Part shown: positions 13,901-27,722 of the stretch, piece after piece
Numbering within the stretch: position 1 is the stretch's first letter
Layout of the letters: every line of letters begins with the position of its first letter
From: Chiloscyllium plagiosum
Taxonomy: Eukaryota
Assembly: GCF_004010195.1 (NCBI RefSeq)
Contig: NC_057727.1
Location: 37,134,784 to 37,198,783, forward strand
DNA: 64,000 nucleotides
Reading direction: 5' to 3'
Translations under genes and position numbers: made by a program
The notes under the pieces: generated by a model
What the model saw: the letters and a program-made list of their open reading frames with translations, nothing else
Told to the model about the DNA's origin: nothing
Databases searched by the model: none

Positions 13901-14924
13901 TCGTGTTATTTAAATACATTGCCACGTGACTTCAGTTAAGATACTTTCAGCTTCCTTTGCTGCTGCACATCGAGTAGAAGGTCTGCGCTATGCATTATGG
14001 GAAACATTTTTGGATTTGCAAGGGAATAATGTTGGGCTTCAACAAGGAGGTCAGAGGAGCTGGAAAGCCTGTGAGAAGACGACCTGCTTTCACTACTTGA
14101 GGGTGGAGGTTACAGTTTTCCTTAGGCCTTGAAGTAGAACCCAAACAGCTGAGTGGAGAAGAGTTGTATGTGGAGGATGCATGGAGGATGTATCCAGTAC
14201 CCTGTCACTCCAGATGGGCTGTCAGTGCTCAGCTACGTATCACATTTCCTCATCAGATTTGCTCTACAGTTCCTTAGCTTTTCATCCTCCAAATGTGGAC
14301 CACCACAATCGTCATTTGGTCAAGATCCTGAACTAAAAGAACCTCAACATTCCATAGCAATACTCTCAATAATACATACAAAACTCAACTGAACTTGGGC
14401 ATATTAGCACCTGCCCTAGAGCTCTAATGTACCCTGTGAAAGTCCTAAAATAGCTCTGCACCCAGATGTCTAAGCTTTGGGCTGCACTACTTCAGCTTTG
14501 GCAGCAGTGACTGGACTAGCTGATTAAGGACACAATGGCAGAGCGTTAGTGATGAGAGGATGAATGTTGTCAGTTTTGAGAAAGGACAACTGGTTTGTGC
14601 TCTATGAAGTCATCATCGCTCCACAAGATAGTGTCTTAGGAATCCCAAATATCCACTGGAACACAGATGACTGATCTATTGTGACACCTTTAAAACCCCT
14701 TTGAACAGTGCTATCCAAAGCCAGGACAGCTGCAGTCTGAGCATCCATGGCAACATGCTCATGTGACATGACTTCAGTCTACAATTTCACCCAAACATTG
14801 GCTTCTGTTTGTGCTGAAGCTGATGCATTGATCACTGAACATTGCATCATGGAAGTATGTGCAAGTGCTGTCACACAGCTCGAAAGAAAGGTCTTCAAGC
14901 TCAGCCTTGAATGCTGTTGAATGT

Positions 14925-15375
14925 CAAAGGGGGATGGTTGGGTTTTCCTGGTTATTGCCTGGTTCCTGTGCGTCGTGTGAATGTTACTTGCCACTTATCA
15001 GTCAAGGCTGAATGTTGTCCAGGTCTTATTGCACATGAACACAGTCTGCTTCAATATTTGAGGAGTTGTGAATAGTACTGAACATTGTGCGTTCACCAGT
15101 AAACATCCCAACTCTGACAGTGGATTCAAGACCATTGATGAAGCAGCTGATGGTGGTTGGATCTAGGACACTATCCTTAGGAACTCCCAAAGTGATGCCT
15201 TTGGGCTGAAATGGTCAGCCATCAACACCCCAAATATCTTTCTGATGACTGGTGTAACCCCACCTCGTGGAGACATTTCCCCTGATTCCCACTGACATCA
15301 ATTTTGCCAGGACTCTTTTGATGCCAAGCCCAATCAAATGCTTCTTTGATGACAAGAATAGCTACTGCTAAATCA
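14925..15375 (-). mobile_element. Ancient CR1/L2-clade LINE RT fragment
   Basis: Approximate reverse complement of the RT remnant at 40430-41060; IKEAFDWAWHQ motif in ORF 15222-15431. Confidence 0.6.
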
Positions 15376-15894
15376 ATCAGAAGCTGGCAGCATTGGCATC
15401 TATTTGGGGATGAAATGGAGTATCTGCACATTGCATGAGTTTTGAATGCTGAGGAGAGGGGGTAGTGATGGGGTTGTGATCCATTGAACAGCTCGAAGAG
15501 GTATGTGCAGGGTCAGGGAGATGCCATTTGAAGATAAAAAATTCACTGACCTTGGTCACACTTGAACCAGGTCCTCAGGATCAGACTCTGGGGGGAGAGC
15601 TGCATTGTCACCTACTTTCATTCCTTTCAGAGGATATGCCTTGTGGGCACGCTAATACCTTCAGAAACATTGCCTCTGTCTTCTTTTTCTCTTCCTTTTT
15701 TTAAAGATTTCAAGAGTCACTTCTGAGAAGCTGGGAGTCCTTCCTTCTGTCTAAGCCTTCCTAAGACTGTTCCAGTAGCTGATGCATCCTACGTGTATCT
15801 CTTAGGTATGGGAGGCAGCTTACATTTATTTAGTGCAAGTTCGCAGGACAGCACATGTTGTCTGCCTCAATGGGATTGGGTGTATATAATCACA

Positions 15895-16100
15895 AAAAAA
15901 AACAAAGAACTGCAAATGCTGGAAATCAGAAATTGCTGGAAAAACTCAGCAGGTCTGGTAGCATCCGTATAGAGGAAGCAGAGTTAACATTTAACTGAAG
16001 TCCAGTTCTGAAGAAGAGTCACTGGAACAGAAATATTTACTCTGCTTTCTCTCCATAGATGCTGCCAGACCTGCCGAGTTTTCCCAGCAATTTCTGTTTT
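15895..16100. mobile_element. Fold-back Penelope-derived element with degenerate hammerhead core
   Basis: Arms 15928-15990 and 16035-16097 are inverted; ctgaaga-agagtc...gaaa in centre; TSD tgtaYataatcaca at 15881-15894 and 16101-16114. Confidence 0.65.
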
Positions 16101-16982
16101 TGTACATAATCACATATGGGGATCTCGGTGTCTGAAAACCAGGTACTCTCCATTCTTTTTTTCACACAGCACAGAGTTAAAGTCAGCACCTCAAATAAGA
16201 CCAACTGTGCACCTGTTCCAAAAGTGCCAATGAGTTTAGTGGTTATTCCAGCAACATTGTACATGACCTTTTCCACACAGTATAAATATCCTGCTAAGTG
16301 TCATAACCACTCTGGCCTGATTAAAGATGCCACTTAATTCTCAGAGCTGACTAGTTCCATCCTCAACTTTGGCTCAGCATTTTTTTTTAAGCTGCTTTCA
16401 CACTGCAAATATTACTAGTATGTGCACTGAGTTGAACTGAAAACTAAATAGGCAAAAGTAATGTTGTATGGGATTCTGCCATAGGAGAGGTAACACAGAA
16501 GTGAGGAGACACAGTGCACCTCTGTTTCTGAAGACTAGAAACTCTGCACAACATTTACTTTGCTGCTCTCTAGTCAACAGGGTTGAGATCAGCAAGCAAA
16601 TTACCTACATATGACCTTCATTCAACCAAGTCAGCTCTCTCCTTTATGTTTTAGTATCATAACACATTGTAATAAATAGCTCATTTATTACAAAGCCAAT
16701 TTGGATTGCAGCTCCAAATCTTTTAATAAAAGGGGCTGAATCGAATTTTTTTTGGCTAATTCTGAATTGCGTTGTTTGTTTGGGTTTTTTTGCATAGAGG
16801 CCTAGTGCGTTCTTTCACTTTATCTTACCAACCTTGCCTCATTAATTAACTACCTTGCCTCTGAGGTGTCTCTCTTGTCCCATCTTAATGCGCTATTCCT
16901 AGAACAACTTGCTACCTAGCAGATATTCACCAAAGACCGGCATCCCTTGCCATTTTTGAAAGGCTGCTGTGCACCTGGTCGG

Positions 16983-17320
16983 TTTAGATTAGATAAGATT
17001 CCCTACAGTATGGAAACAGGCCCTTCGGCCCAACAAGTCCACACCGACCCACCGAAGAGTAACCCACCCACATCCATTCCCATACCCTGTATTTACCCCT
17101 AACTAATGCACCTAACACTATGGGCAATTTAGCATGGCTAATTCACCTAACCTGCACATCCTTGGACTGTGGGAGGAAACCGGAGCACCCGGAGTAAACC
17201 CACGCAGACACTCGGAGAATGTGCGAACTCCACACAGACAGTTACCCGAGGCAGGAATTCAACCTGGGTCCCTAATGATATGAGGCAGCAGTGCTAACCA
17301 CGGAGCCACTGTGCCGCCCC
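16983..17320 (-). mobile_element. Full-length V-SINE (HE1-like)
   Basis: Reverse-complement homolog of 5961-6274. Confidence 0.9.
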
Positions 17321-17457
17321 AACCACTGGAGAATTGCTGTCGGTGTTGGCAATTCTGTGTTGTTCCTCACTGGTAATGCAACAGTACACTTACCATGGCA
17401 CATAGCCAACAATACTGTCACTTTCTCACACATAAAACCTAGACTCTCACCTAAAAC

Positions 17458-17660
17458 CTAGTGGCAGTAGAGGCCCACTCTCTAGATTCATTTAAGAAGG
17501 AGTTGGATAGGGCTCTCAAAGATAGTGGAATCAAGGGTTATGGAGATAAGGCAGGAACAGGATACTGATTAGGAATGATCAGCCATGATTATATTGAATG
17601 GCGGTGCAGGCTCAAAGGGCTGAATGGCCTACTCCTGCACCTATTGTCTATTGTCTATCA
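17458..17660 (+). mobile_element. CR1-clade LINE 3' tail
   Basis: FKKELD-like end, gaatggcctactcctgcacct and ctattgtctattgtcta tail. Confidence 0.75.
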
Positions 17661-18541
17661 TGTCGAACTGCCCTCGGAAAGTCACTGCTACTCTGTCCTC
17701 AATGGCACGGGACTCCTGCAGCTTGTCACTGTCCAACGGAGGGAGATTGCATAGAGGCAGGCAATCAGACAACTATAAATCAGAACTTTTATTTACAGAA
17801 AGCAAAAGGGAACACAAACAATGCCAACAGAAGCTCAACATCACCACCACAAATCAAACCAAGTTCCAGCACTATGACCAAAGATTACTTTACAATGAAC
17901 AGTTAGTTTTCATCTGTTGGAAGTAGATGTCAAAGATAGGTGGAAACAGACTGTCATAGTGTAAGGTAAAAGGAGACTGGATAGCTGTTTGGTGGTGAGT
18001 GGGAGGATGGTGCAACCGGCGGCCAAGTGAGGCCAATAAAGATGGCGTTCACCATTAGGTGCAGTCTCCGCCATCATCTTCCCTTCAATTGATGTAAATT
18101 GCTACGAGAAAATGGTTGGAATAATACTCAGGGTGGGTGGAATAAGTACCAGTTGGATGGAAGTGAAGGATCCAGGTTTGCTGGAGGTCACAACATTGTA
18201 GCACCAACTACATGACACAACAATTTCATCATCAATTTTCAATGCATACAGAGTGAGGGCACTTAGGCGTTGGATGCATCGGGGTCACTTATAGTGCCCA
18301 ACACAATTCAGCTCAGTCTTGGACAATGGGAGCTTTATCCTCCCCAATGTCCTTGTCCTTCTCCTTAGAAGCCTGCTCCCATTCCCCAGTTCGTCAGCAG
18401 CCAGCTTAATGCCTCATTGTCTGCTCCAGATGTGCAGAGCACAGCTCGCCAGGATGAAGAGCAACACTCGGTCCAGGCTATAGTGAAGGGCCTTCCCAGA
18501 CAGGCCCAAGTAATTGGAACCACATCTTCAGCAGTTGTATA

Positions 18542-18703
18542 CAGGGCAACCTTGATTATCCGAACGACATGGGCGAGGAATATTTTGTTCGGATGATCGA
18601 ATATTCAAATAATTGAATGTTCGGACAATACAGTTTACCAAAGCATTGGGACGTTGAGATCTTATTTGGATAATCCAAAATTCGGATAACCGAGGTTGTT
18701 CTG
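18542..18703. mobile_element. Tigger/Tc1-mariner-type MITE
   Basis: 23-bp imperfect TIRs cagggcaaccttgattatccgaa / ttcggataaccgaggttgttctg, flanked by TA at 18540-41 and 18704-05. Confidence 0.85.
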
Positions 18704-18869
18704 TACTCTGCTCCACCAGGACCCTGGTTAAGGCGCACTGTCATTAACCTTGCACTGTTCAACTGTCAGAGGGTTGCACAATGGTGTCATGAGCCATGGT
18801 CACAGTGGGTGGTCAACTTTGTAAGGAACCTGGATCCTCCAATATAACTGGTACATGAGAATGCTCCAG

Positions 18870-18982
18870 GATTTAAATATAGAGTCATGGGGAATGGGTT
18901 TGAATGGGATACTCTTTGGAGGGTCGGTGTGGACTTGTTGGGCCGAAGGGCCTGCTTCCATACTGTGGGGATTCTATGCTTC
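18870..18982 (+). mobile_element. V-SINE/CR1 3' tail fragment
   Basis: gggtcggtgtggacttgttgggccgaagggcctg as at 6214-6247. Confidence 0.8.
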
Positions 18983-21609
18983 AATGATGGAGAAGTTGTG
19001 GCAGCTGCCAGGGTAGTGGGCACACACCTCCAAAACGTAGCAGTGATGATCATAGATCATCATTATTGGAATGCCCACTTACTCAACTTGTCCAAATGAC
19101 ACTGAAATATTTCTGCATTCTCCTTACAGCTCACTTGCCCAATCAGCTTTGCATCACCTGCAAACTGAAAGAAAAGAAAGCCGTAGATGAGCATAGGCAA
19201 TGCAAGTCCAAAGACTGGACAGAGAATGATGTGTAAACAAGACAAAAATAAAACCTTGAAGACTCCAGTTTAAGTACGTTGCTGACCAAAGAACCATTGG
19301 AGAGACAGAGAAAGAGCAGGGTGAACTGAGAAACAGAAAGATCAGAGAAAAATTAAGAGTTAACTGACAGAGAAGAGGGAGTGATACCGAAGTGGATAGA
19401 AGGATCCATGAAGGACAGGGAAACAAGCAGATAGTGGAGTCAATGGGAAAAGTAACCCTTAGAAAGGCAAACACAGATGAATGGTGAGAACATGGGATCA
19501 AAACAACATAGGCAGTGCTGTGGAGGATAGCCAGTCACATAGAAATCTAAAATCGAGAGTACAATTAAGTTGACAAATGAAACAACTAAACGGAGAGACC
19601 ATGAGATGCTTTCTCATTAGAGTGAGGTATGGGCTCAAAATGTTAACTCTATCCCTCTTTATATATACACCGCCAGGCCTGCTGAATTTCTCGATCACTT
19701 TGTTTTACATTTTCTGCCTTATGATCATACTATGCTTCATGTTTCTAAATGTTTAACTATGGAGGATCATACTTTTAGCCTTCATTCAATGAATCCTTTA
19801 CTTAACATTAAACATCAGTGAGGAACTATACCAAAAGATCTCTGGCTAGATAAATAATGCACAAAGTCAACCATCACAATCAAAAACTGCTAGCAAGTTA
19901 AAGACAATGACTCTTTTCTGAAATCTTAATAAATCTGCCAGACTTTACTCTTAACCTTTTTGAGGGATGAGCTGTAGACTTCCATTGGCTTGTTTTAAGC
20001 TTATGGGCAAAGCATTGCAATAGTTTGCAATTGTCTTCTGCAGAATGACTGACCAGGAGACTTTCCTGCTCGCCATCATGTGTATTGGAAGGATTTACAG
20101 GTTGATAATCAGCCTACACAGAAATTGTTACAAATGCACTTTGTTTGGTTCACAAGTCTTAGTAAGGGACTTGTATGTGGTGCTTCTAGCTCAGGGGCAG
20201 AGTCACTACTGCACAATGATATCTCCTTGTTAACAACAAAGCTGTGTTTTTCTGGAAGTCCTGCTCCAGTTTCCAGTTAAATATGAAAATCGTGAGATAA
20301 CAGAAACAGCAACTTTTATACATCACCTTTACTTTAATAACATATTTCAAGGTGCCTCACTGTTGTTTTAGTAAGCAAAATTTGACACTGGGCCAGGCAT
20401 GATAGGTGAATGGGACTTGGTGTAAGGACATGGACAACAGACTGTGTAGAATGTGAAAAATTGGCTAGGATTGTGTTCAAACAGAAATAAAAGCAAAAAT
20501 GCTGGAAACAGTCCAAAATTATGTTAACCCTATTTGTCTGCGCAGATGCTCTCTGATCTACTGAGTATTTCCAGCAATTTTTTATTCTATTTCAAATCTC
20601 CAACATTTGTAGTAATTTTCTGTTGTATTTATATTAAGTTAGTGAAGTCTGGAGGTAACAAAGGCATAGATGAGAGTTTCAATGGCTGATGAGTGGAGGC
20701 TGCAAGGGCTTTTGGTGATGTTATAGAAGTGGTTTTGGTGATGGTTTGGATATCTGGTTGGAAGCTCACTGTTGCGTCAAATATCAGAGTGCCAGCAACT
20801 TGCCTATGCCACCTAATTTTCACAAATTAAACTAGCCCCATTTGCCTGTGTTTGGTCCATATCCCTCCCTATCCCATTTCTTCCTCTCCCAGTTGCAGAG
20901 ATCTGGCAGCGATGTGATCACTAATAGGTGGTACCAACTCTAACCTAGATAAAAGGCCTACCAGATGTCAATATTGGAGCTGGTGGAGGTGCAGGAGGTA
21001 TACTTGCTAGGTCTTTCAGTTACCCTGTCTGCAAATCGGGGTGCCAATTTCCCCCGTGACTGTTATGTTCAGAGTGAATGTCTCCATTCACTCTGGACAG
21101 GTCTGGACTGCCAACATTTGATCAGGCGTGTAACAGCTTTTAAATGTGGCACTGGCACCAGCACCAGGGATCCCAGGACATGCTGGCAGTGGCAAAAATG
21201 TCTGCCTATGGCAAATGGGAGAGTCTGGCTAGCATCGGATGAGACGGGCATGGTAGAACATAGTACGTAGTTAATGAGACAGTTTGGGACAAATACACAG
21301 AAAATGCATTAGGCCTCATGGAGAGAAACCTTTCATGAAAATCATAAAACTGACACTGAGCTGACTTCTGGTAAGAGTCAGTCCAAAGTCTCTCTCCACA
21401 GATGCTGCCAGATCTACTGAGCTTCTACAGCAGTTTACGTTTTTATTTATAGCACCTTAATTAGGCTTGCTTGACTTAAGTAGGAGCCTCAATAATGCAT
21501 GCATTATTGTGATACTTTGATGTTACTTCGACCTCTATTGCATTGGAAATGAAAATACTGTAGCATTTAAAATGACTGCTGGTGTAGCAATGTCTACTTT
21601 GCACCATTG

Positions 21610-21785
21610 ATCATGCCAGGGATTCCCAAAATGAAATGTTACTGAGAAGTTATTACTGGTGGCCAAGACTGGATGCTGACATATCCATGTTGGTGGGGTA
21701 GTGCCCAGATTGCCAACAAGACAAAAATTGCTGCCAGCTGTTCCCTGTTTTTATGGGAATGGCCAGGTACACCCTGTTTGGTTAG
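21610..21785 (+). mobile_element. Gypsy LTR-retrotransposon integrase zinc-finger relic
   Basis: Translates LLRSYYWWPRLDADISMLVG*CPDCQQ, then WEWPGTP. Confidence 0.7.
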
Positions 21786-21814
21786 ACATCGGTGAAAGGA
21801 CTATGTCAGTCCTT

Positions 21815-22078
21815 TCATGGGCGAGAGGTACAAAAGGGCCCAGAGGGGCAATTTTTTTCACACAGCGGTGAATGTCTGGAGTGGGCTGCCAGAGGTACTG
21901 GTGGAAGCGAGTGCAATTTTATCATTTAAGAAACATTTAAAAAGGTACATAGATGGGATAGATAGGGAGGGATATGGACCAAACACAGGCAAATGGGGCT
22001 AGTTTAATTTGTGAAAATTAGGTGGCATAGGCAAGTTGGGCCTAAGGGCCTGTTTTCATGCTGTTGACCTCTATGAAT
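21815..22078 (+). mobile_element. CR1 LINE 3' end
   Basis: RGNFF...NVWSGLPE...FKKHL motif (ORF 21817-22002). Confidence 0.85.
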
Positions 22079-23184
22079 GTCACTTCCAAGGTCTTATTTT
22101 TTGGATAGAACAGTACAACTACCAGAATATTCACATACTGAAACTTTGGAAACTATTACATAATAGTACAGCACACATGCACAATACATGTGTAAAAATA
22201 AAAATTTCTGATACCAGCCTCTAGGTAACATATTTTACAGTGCACCAGAACATAAATTGCAACAACCTTATTAGTTTACAAACAAATTAGTCAGCTTTGC
22301 ACATGGGGTGGACAGGAACAGAAAAATACAGGTTAAGTTACTCCTATACAATAATGTATTTTCAAGGAAGATACATATCAGATATATAAATGATAAACAA
22401 GGAAGATCTTTGACCTGACACAGGCTTCATTTTTATGCCAAGTATTGCTACCTGATTGACAAATAGTTGTACTTATTACAATCTTCTTTAAAACCAAATA
22501 ACTGAACTAATATTGCTGTTGCTAATATTTCAGATCAATAGATTTCAGAGTTTGCATATGTCATGAAAAGAGAAGTACAAATGTTTTTTGAAGCAAAATA
22601 AATTTTCTATCATAATCATATTTCATGTAGCTTAAACAGCAAACTTACTATCCATTGGAAACAAAAGTAAAAATCATTACATAATATTTAATACGTTTAT
22701 TTCTTTGTAATTGGGTTGTAAATCATCACGTGGAAAGTTATAACTGCTTAAATATCTTAACATAGCTGCAATTAAGTAATAATATATTTAACAAAATTTT
22801 AATACTTACAGTCTTTACAGTTGGTAACATGCCACTCAATGCAAGTCTCTTCCTACTTATGTTATTTTCATCCAATAAACTGCACCCAATATACTGAAAT
22901 ACTGCATAAAACTGTTATCAAACACTGGAACAAGTCATATTTTCCAACTATTACATTCTAATTAGTACAATAAATAAAAGTCTTTCAAAGAGTAATTTAT
23001 AGACTGTTTAAAGACACTGTCATGTATGTAACACTTTGTAAAGTATAAAGTATTGATCTCAAAGAGAGAATGGTAATTTCTGATGAGGTATAGAAAAAAT
23101 AAATCAAACTTTATATTTGTTCACTACTTGCTAACAGTAAATCTCATGGTTGCCATCGTTACAGTGATTTACAGTAAAACTCTC

Positions 23185-23622
23185 AAATAGGAAGGATTTG
23201 AGAGGATATGGGCCAAATGCTGGCAAATGGGACTAGATTTATGAGGTTAGATTAGAGTCCATACAGTGCGGAAACAGGGTCTTCGGCCCAACCAGTCCAC
23301 ACCGACCCTCCGAAGAGTAACCCACCCAGACCCATTTCCCTCTGACTAATGCACCTAGCACTATGGACAGTTTAGCATGGCCAATTTAGCTTTGGACTGT
23401 GGGAGGATATCGGAGCACCCGGAGGAAACCAATGCAGACACAGGGAGAATGTGCAAACTCCACACAGACAGTTGCCTGAGGCTGGAATTGAACCTGGGAC
23501 CCTAGTGCTGTAAGGCAGCAGTGCTAACTACTGAGCCACTGTGCTGCCCTTGGATATCTGGTTGGCATGGACAAGTTGAACTGAAGGGTCTGTTTCCGTA
23601 CTGTACATCTCTATGACTCTCT
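23185..23622. mobile_element. CR1 tail (+) interrupted by a V-SINE (-, about 23245-23550)
   Basis: CR1 tail breaks at gggactagatt and resumes ggatatctggttggcatgg; SINE homologous to 16983-17320. Confidence 0.85.
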
Positions 23623-23906
23623 GAATTTAATTAATTAAAATGCTATGGTTTTTAACCAACTGATTTTGCTGTCAGTTGTGCCTTAATAGCTTTTGATGCA
23701 AGCATGGCATACTGGTCACAGGTACTGACATTGAGATTTTATTCAGGACTTCCTCCTGGCAATCAATTTTAAGTACAAAATACACTCTAATCAGTAGATC
23801 AAAGGTTGCATCAGGACTTTTCCTGCTATGTTAGGTATTCAAACGCTGAAGCCAACAGAGTCTAAAATCACATACGGTGTTTGAGGGACCCTAACCTATC
23901 TCTTTA

Positions 23907-24064
23907 TAGATAGATAGATAGATAGAACATTACAGCGGAGTACAGGCCCTTCGGCCCTCAATGTTGCGCCGATCTGTCATACCAATCTGAAGCCAATCTA
24001 ACCTACACTATTCCATGTACGTCCATATGCTTATCCAATGACGACTTAAATGTACTTAAAGTTT
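23907..24064 (-). mobile_element. CR1 3' tail with (TAGA)n microsatellite
   Basis: Homologous to 7290-7432. Confidence 0.85.
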
Positions 24065-27000
24065 GCTGAACTTCATAAGTTGAAATTATCCCTCTCGATA
24101 TATATGACTGAAAATTCTTCAAAACAATCACACTCTGCAGTATCAATCACTGGAGGCATAACTATTACTGAAATACATTCTGTTAATAACTGCATCTCTT
24201 TCAAACAAGTAACTATAACAAATTTGATGCATAGAAAGGAAATATATTCAGAGCAATTCTACCAGATGCCATTAACTCTTGTTTCTTCAGCAATTAAACA
24301 ACTTCCCCACATCTGAAGCAAAGCATAGTGTGTTCAAGCGAGTTCAGTTACTATATATACAGTGATGAAATGAAATTATAAAGTGCATTAGAATTCCAAA
24401 GTTGACTTGGTCACCTAATTTCCTTCCCAAAAGAAGATTAAATAAAGGAACATGGAAAGTAATATTAGAAACCACATAATCTCCTGAAAGCACAGATATC
24501 TTAATAGCACTATGCAACAAATGTGTACACAGTAATGTAACACCACTTACTTAGAGACCTTTTTAAACATGTACTTTGATAAAAAAAAGTAGAATAATGG
24601 AATGATTTGAAAGAATTTATGAGCAGTGATTTAAAATTCAAGCTTTCGAAGGATTACCTCAAAAATATTCTTAGGTACATGACTGAACTAAAATCATCCA
24701 TCCTTTTTCAAAATGTAGAAAACAAAGCTGGTAAGTCACAAAAGGTAAACAGTGAAAGTGTCAGTGGGTGAAAAATGAAGGAGAAGCACATTGTACTGTA
24801 ATTACACACACTGTTTTCAGAATTCAGTTGGATTAATACCCCCAGATCCTAACTGGTTTAATTTTATATTCATAATAATGAAGTTGCTCAGTTCTTCTCT
24901 ATTAACTGTTACAGCATTCACAGAAAATCAGTTCTGTCCATTCACAAATTATGAACTTAAGTAATTGATCCTAAATAAATTGCATTTCTTAATATTAAAA
25001 ATATTATATGAATCTTATCACATTCTTACATATAACATAGTTTTTTGACATATGACTGGTCCATTTTGTAAATTAACCAGGGAAAAAAATAACATTTTTA
25101 CATAAGACCATTTTAAATCATAAACTGAAACTGGTTAATTAACGTTAACTCGAAATTGTATGAAATGTATAAATGGAATATTATTTTTTCATATTCCTTG
25201 TAAACTAGAAACATCAAACACAGTGCAATGTTTCAATCAGTACTTAGTGCAAAAAATTGATATTCTCAGAAGCATTGTGTAGCTTATAATGCTTTTTGCA
25301 CAAATCACAGGTTAAATAGAATTTAACTAAACTTAACTGTAATTACAGTACAGGAAGAAAATATTAAAGCCATCTCCCTTAGCTGTGCTCACTGTTGACA
25401 AAAAATAATGCTTAGTGAGTGTCTTTTAATTCATTTTTGGCAATCATGATTTTATTTTCCAAAATTGTTCAGATTTAAAGAGAAAGTACTCGAAAGTATA
25501 GCTTAGAGTATTATCGATTGTCTCTAAATGTTTTCACAAATTGTTCAAAGTAGACATCTTTCTCTTATTTATATTGATTTTCAGAAATTAGAGGCTTCTT
25601 TTTATAAAACAGTTGCATGCAACAATCAAAACTTATCTGGAGATTTTGAATGATTGGTTTTAGCAGGCAAGCTATAACAGAATAGATGATTGAAGAACAC
25701 CTAAATGTCTGTTACCTTAAAAAATCCTACATAGCCACTTGGAATTATATAATTACTGAGCATTGTTTGCTATTTAAAGACAAGCTGATATATTTCATTG
25801 TTATCATTCCACACAAAATGCAGATCATTAAGGTTAGGTTGTGTTAGTGGTCAGAGTACTCTGTAGTTCAAAATTATATTAAAGGAACTAAAAACTGCAA
25901 TAGAAATAGTTTGGAAACTTCTGCAGAATATCTCTTAACAGAAGACCATTAATTTGAATCTCAGGGTTGCAATTCCTGGAGCATGACTCCTCTCTTTGAT
26001 GAATTTCACAAGCTTTCAAACATGTTATTAGGGAGGATCATAAGCTGAGAAAGACAATCCCCATCCAAAAATGTTTTTCTTTTGCCAGCCAGATATTTTG
26101 CTCGACAGATGATGGTGATGAAAATAAATGCAACTAAAGGCCATCCAGCTGCCTGACAACCGGCAATGGTAGGGACAGAATAAGTTCGGAGAATGGAGGA
26201 ATAAAGTAAAAATTGTTTAAAATGCATTTGGGCACTTTATTGCAACTCAATTAGAAAAAAATGTCTTGTTGATTAGACATTAGACAGAATCAACCAACAT
26301 AACAACTGACACCACCGAAATTCTTGGCTGTCAGTATTTATTCAATAATAAAATGGGTGACATCCATGGTACAATGGCATTTGGAAGTTAGTCATTTAGT
26401 TGGATTGACCTTGTCTCCAATGTCTGCTGGATGGGTGATATTTTTCCCATTTCTTACAACCTTCAAAATCCCTGTTAGGCATCCATGCATAGAGCTTTGA
26501 TAGATTTTTAATGTGCTTTATGCATGTATGAAACACTCTTGTAAGATGTGGGTCATGATAGTAGATGTACACAGGAAGATTATTTGACTAAAAATCGTGC
26601 CACTTGGTACAATGTGACAAAACACTGGATATGAGAGATAAGTTTCATTTTAATTGTTGAAAAACGGATGAAAGAAAGGGTAGAGATGGAAAGCAATTAG
26701 AAAGGACTAAAGGATAGAAAAGAATTTTGTGAACAGAAACTAGACATTTGACACAGCCATTATAAAAGCATATATGAAGATAACATAATATGAAACTGCC
26801 TCACTGTATAAAGCCCTCAATCAGAACAGTGCCAATTGAAGCTAAACAATAAAGTAAACAACTTTAAAACTGTCATATAATACTTTGACAGAAAATGCAC
26901 TACGAGTCTAATTTATTTAATCCTATAAACTATTGCTAACCACCTTACTAAATAGACAAACTCTGAAAGACAGTAGCAGCAATAATGATCGATCAGAAAA

Positions 27001-27722
27001 ATGAAACCATGTGCACATTGCAAATCACAAAACAATAAAAAGCAATGATATACCAAATGGTATGATGGACAAATATATAGTAAACACTCTATAGATATTC
27101 CAATTAAATACACTAATGCAATAAATTTTGTAAATCATTCTGTCAAAATTATCTCAAGTCTTTCATAGCAAATAATAACCTTAGCCACAATTTGTCTATT
27201 TCAAATGTGAAAGTTACACTTCTGTACACTTACTGTACATCAAATGTTGACATGAACTTAGAGCTTTGTCAATTCATGACTATTGTTATTCTACATAATT
27301 ATGACACTCAGGAGCACAAAAGCAGATTTCCTTGTGGGTGTCTAATAGTTAAGACAGATATAAAACTGGTATCTATTTTTTAATATTACTTTATCATACA
27401 CACTGTGTGTGCACTGGGGAAAATATTGTTCCACCTCTTCCAAAAGATCCCCATGAACTTGAGCTAATAAAACTTCCTCATAAGAAAGCACTGTGACAGA
27501 AGTCACATGCAGACAGACTAGGCACTGACACAACATACATGGTAGATTACAGTGCAGAGTAGAACAGAGAAAGGTAGAGAAGAGCCTGAGTTAGAGGGAC
27601 AGAAAAGATCTAAACAGCCACCGAATTTGTCTCAAAATGTGACTTATCCCTCTTTCTTTAGTAATGTCACATTTTGGATAGTCTCCTCCCTGACTAGCGA
27701 GGAGGAGAAGGCATTTACTTAC

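Larger units (their letters stand above)
18380..19062 (-). pseudogene. Decayed PIF/Harbinger DDE transposase, interrupted by a MITE and a SINE/LINE tail
   Basis: Manual minus-strand translation gives DHHCYVLEVCAHYPGSCHN, HPL*PWLMTPLCNP, TRVLVEQSIQLLKMWF and GKALHYSLDRVLLFILASCALH in the order of Harbinger transposase motifs. Confidence 0.8.

Noticed and set aside
13880..14900. Possible further Harbinger-related remnants (also 2870-3700 and 42330-43000)
   Set aside because: Composition suggests old transposon DNA, but I could not recover convincing motifs
27342..27536. 64-aa minus-strand ORF as an alternative terminal exon
   Set aside because: No recognisable homology and weak acceptors; the region is better explained as structured intron
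1..27700. Next CADPS exon (QWY...LQLHIYQLK)
   Set aside because: Searched by eye for a matching acceptor and codons without success; probably beyond position 1
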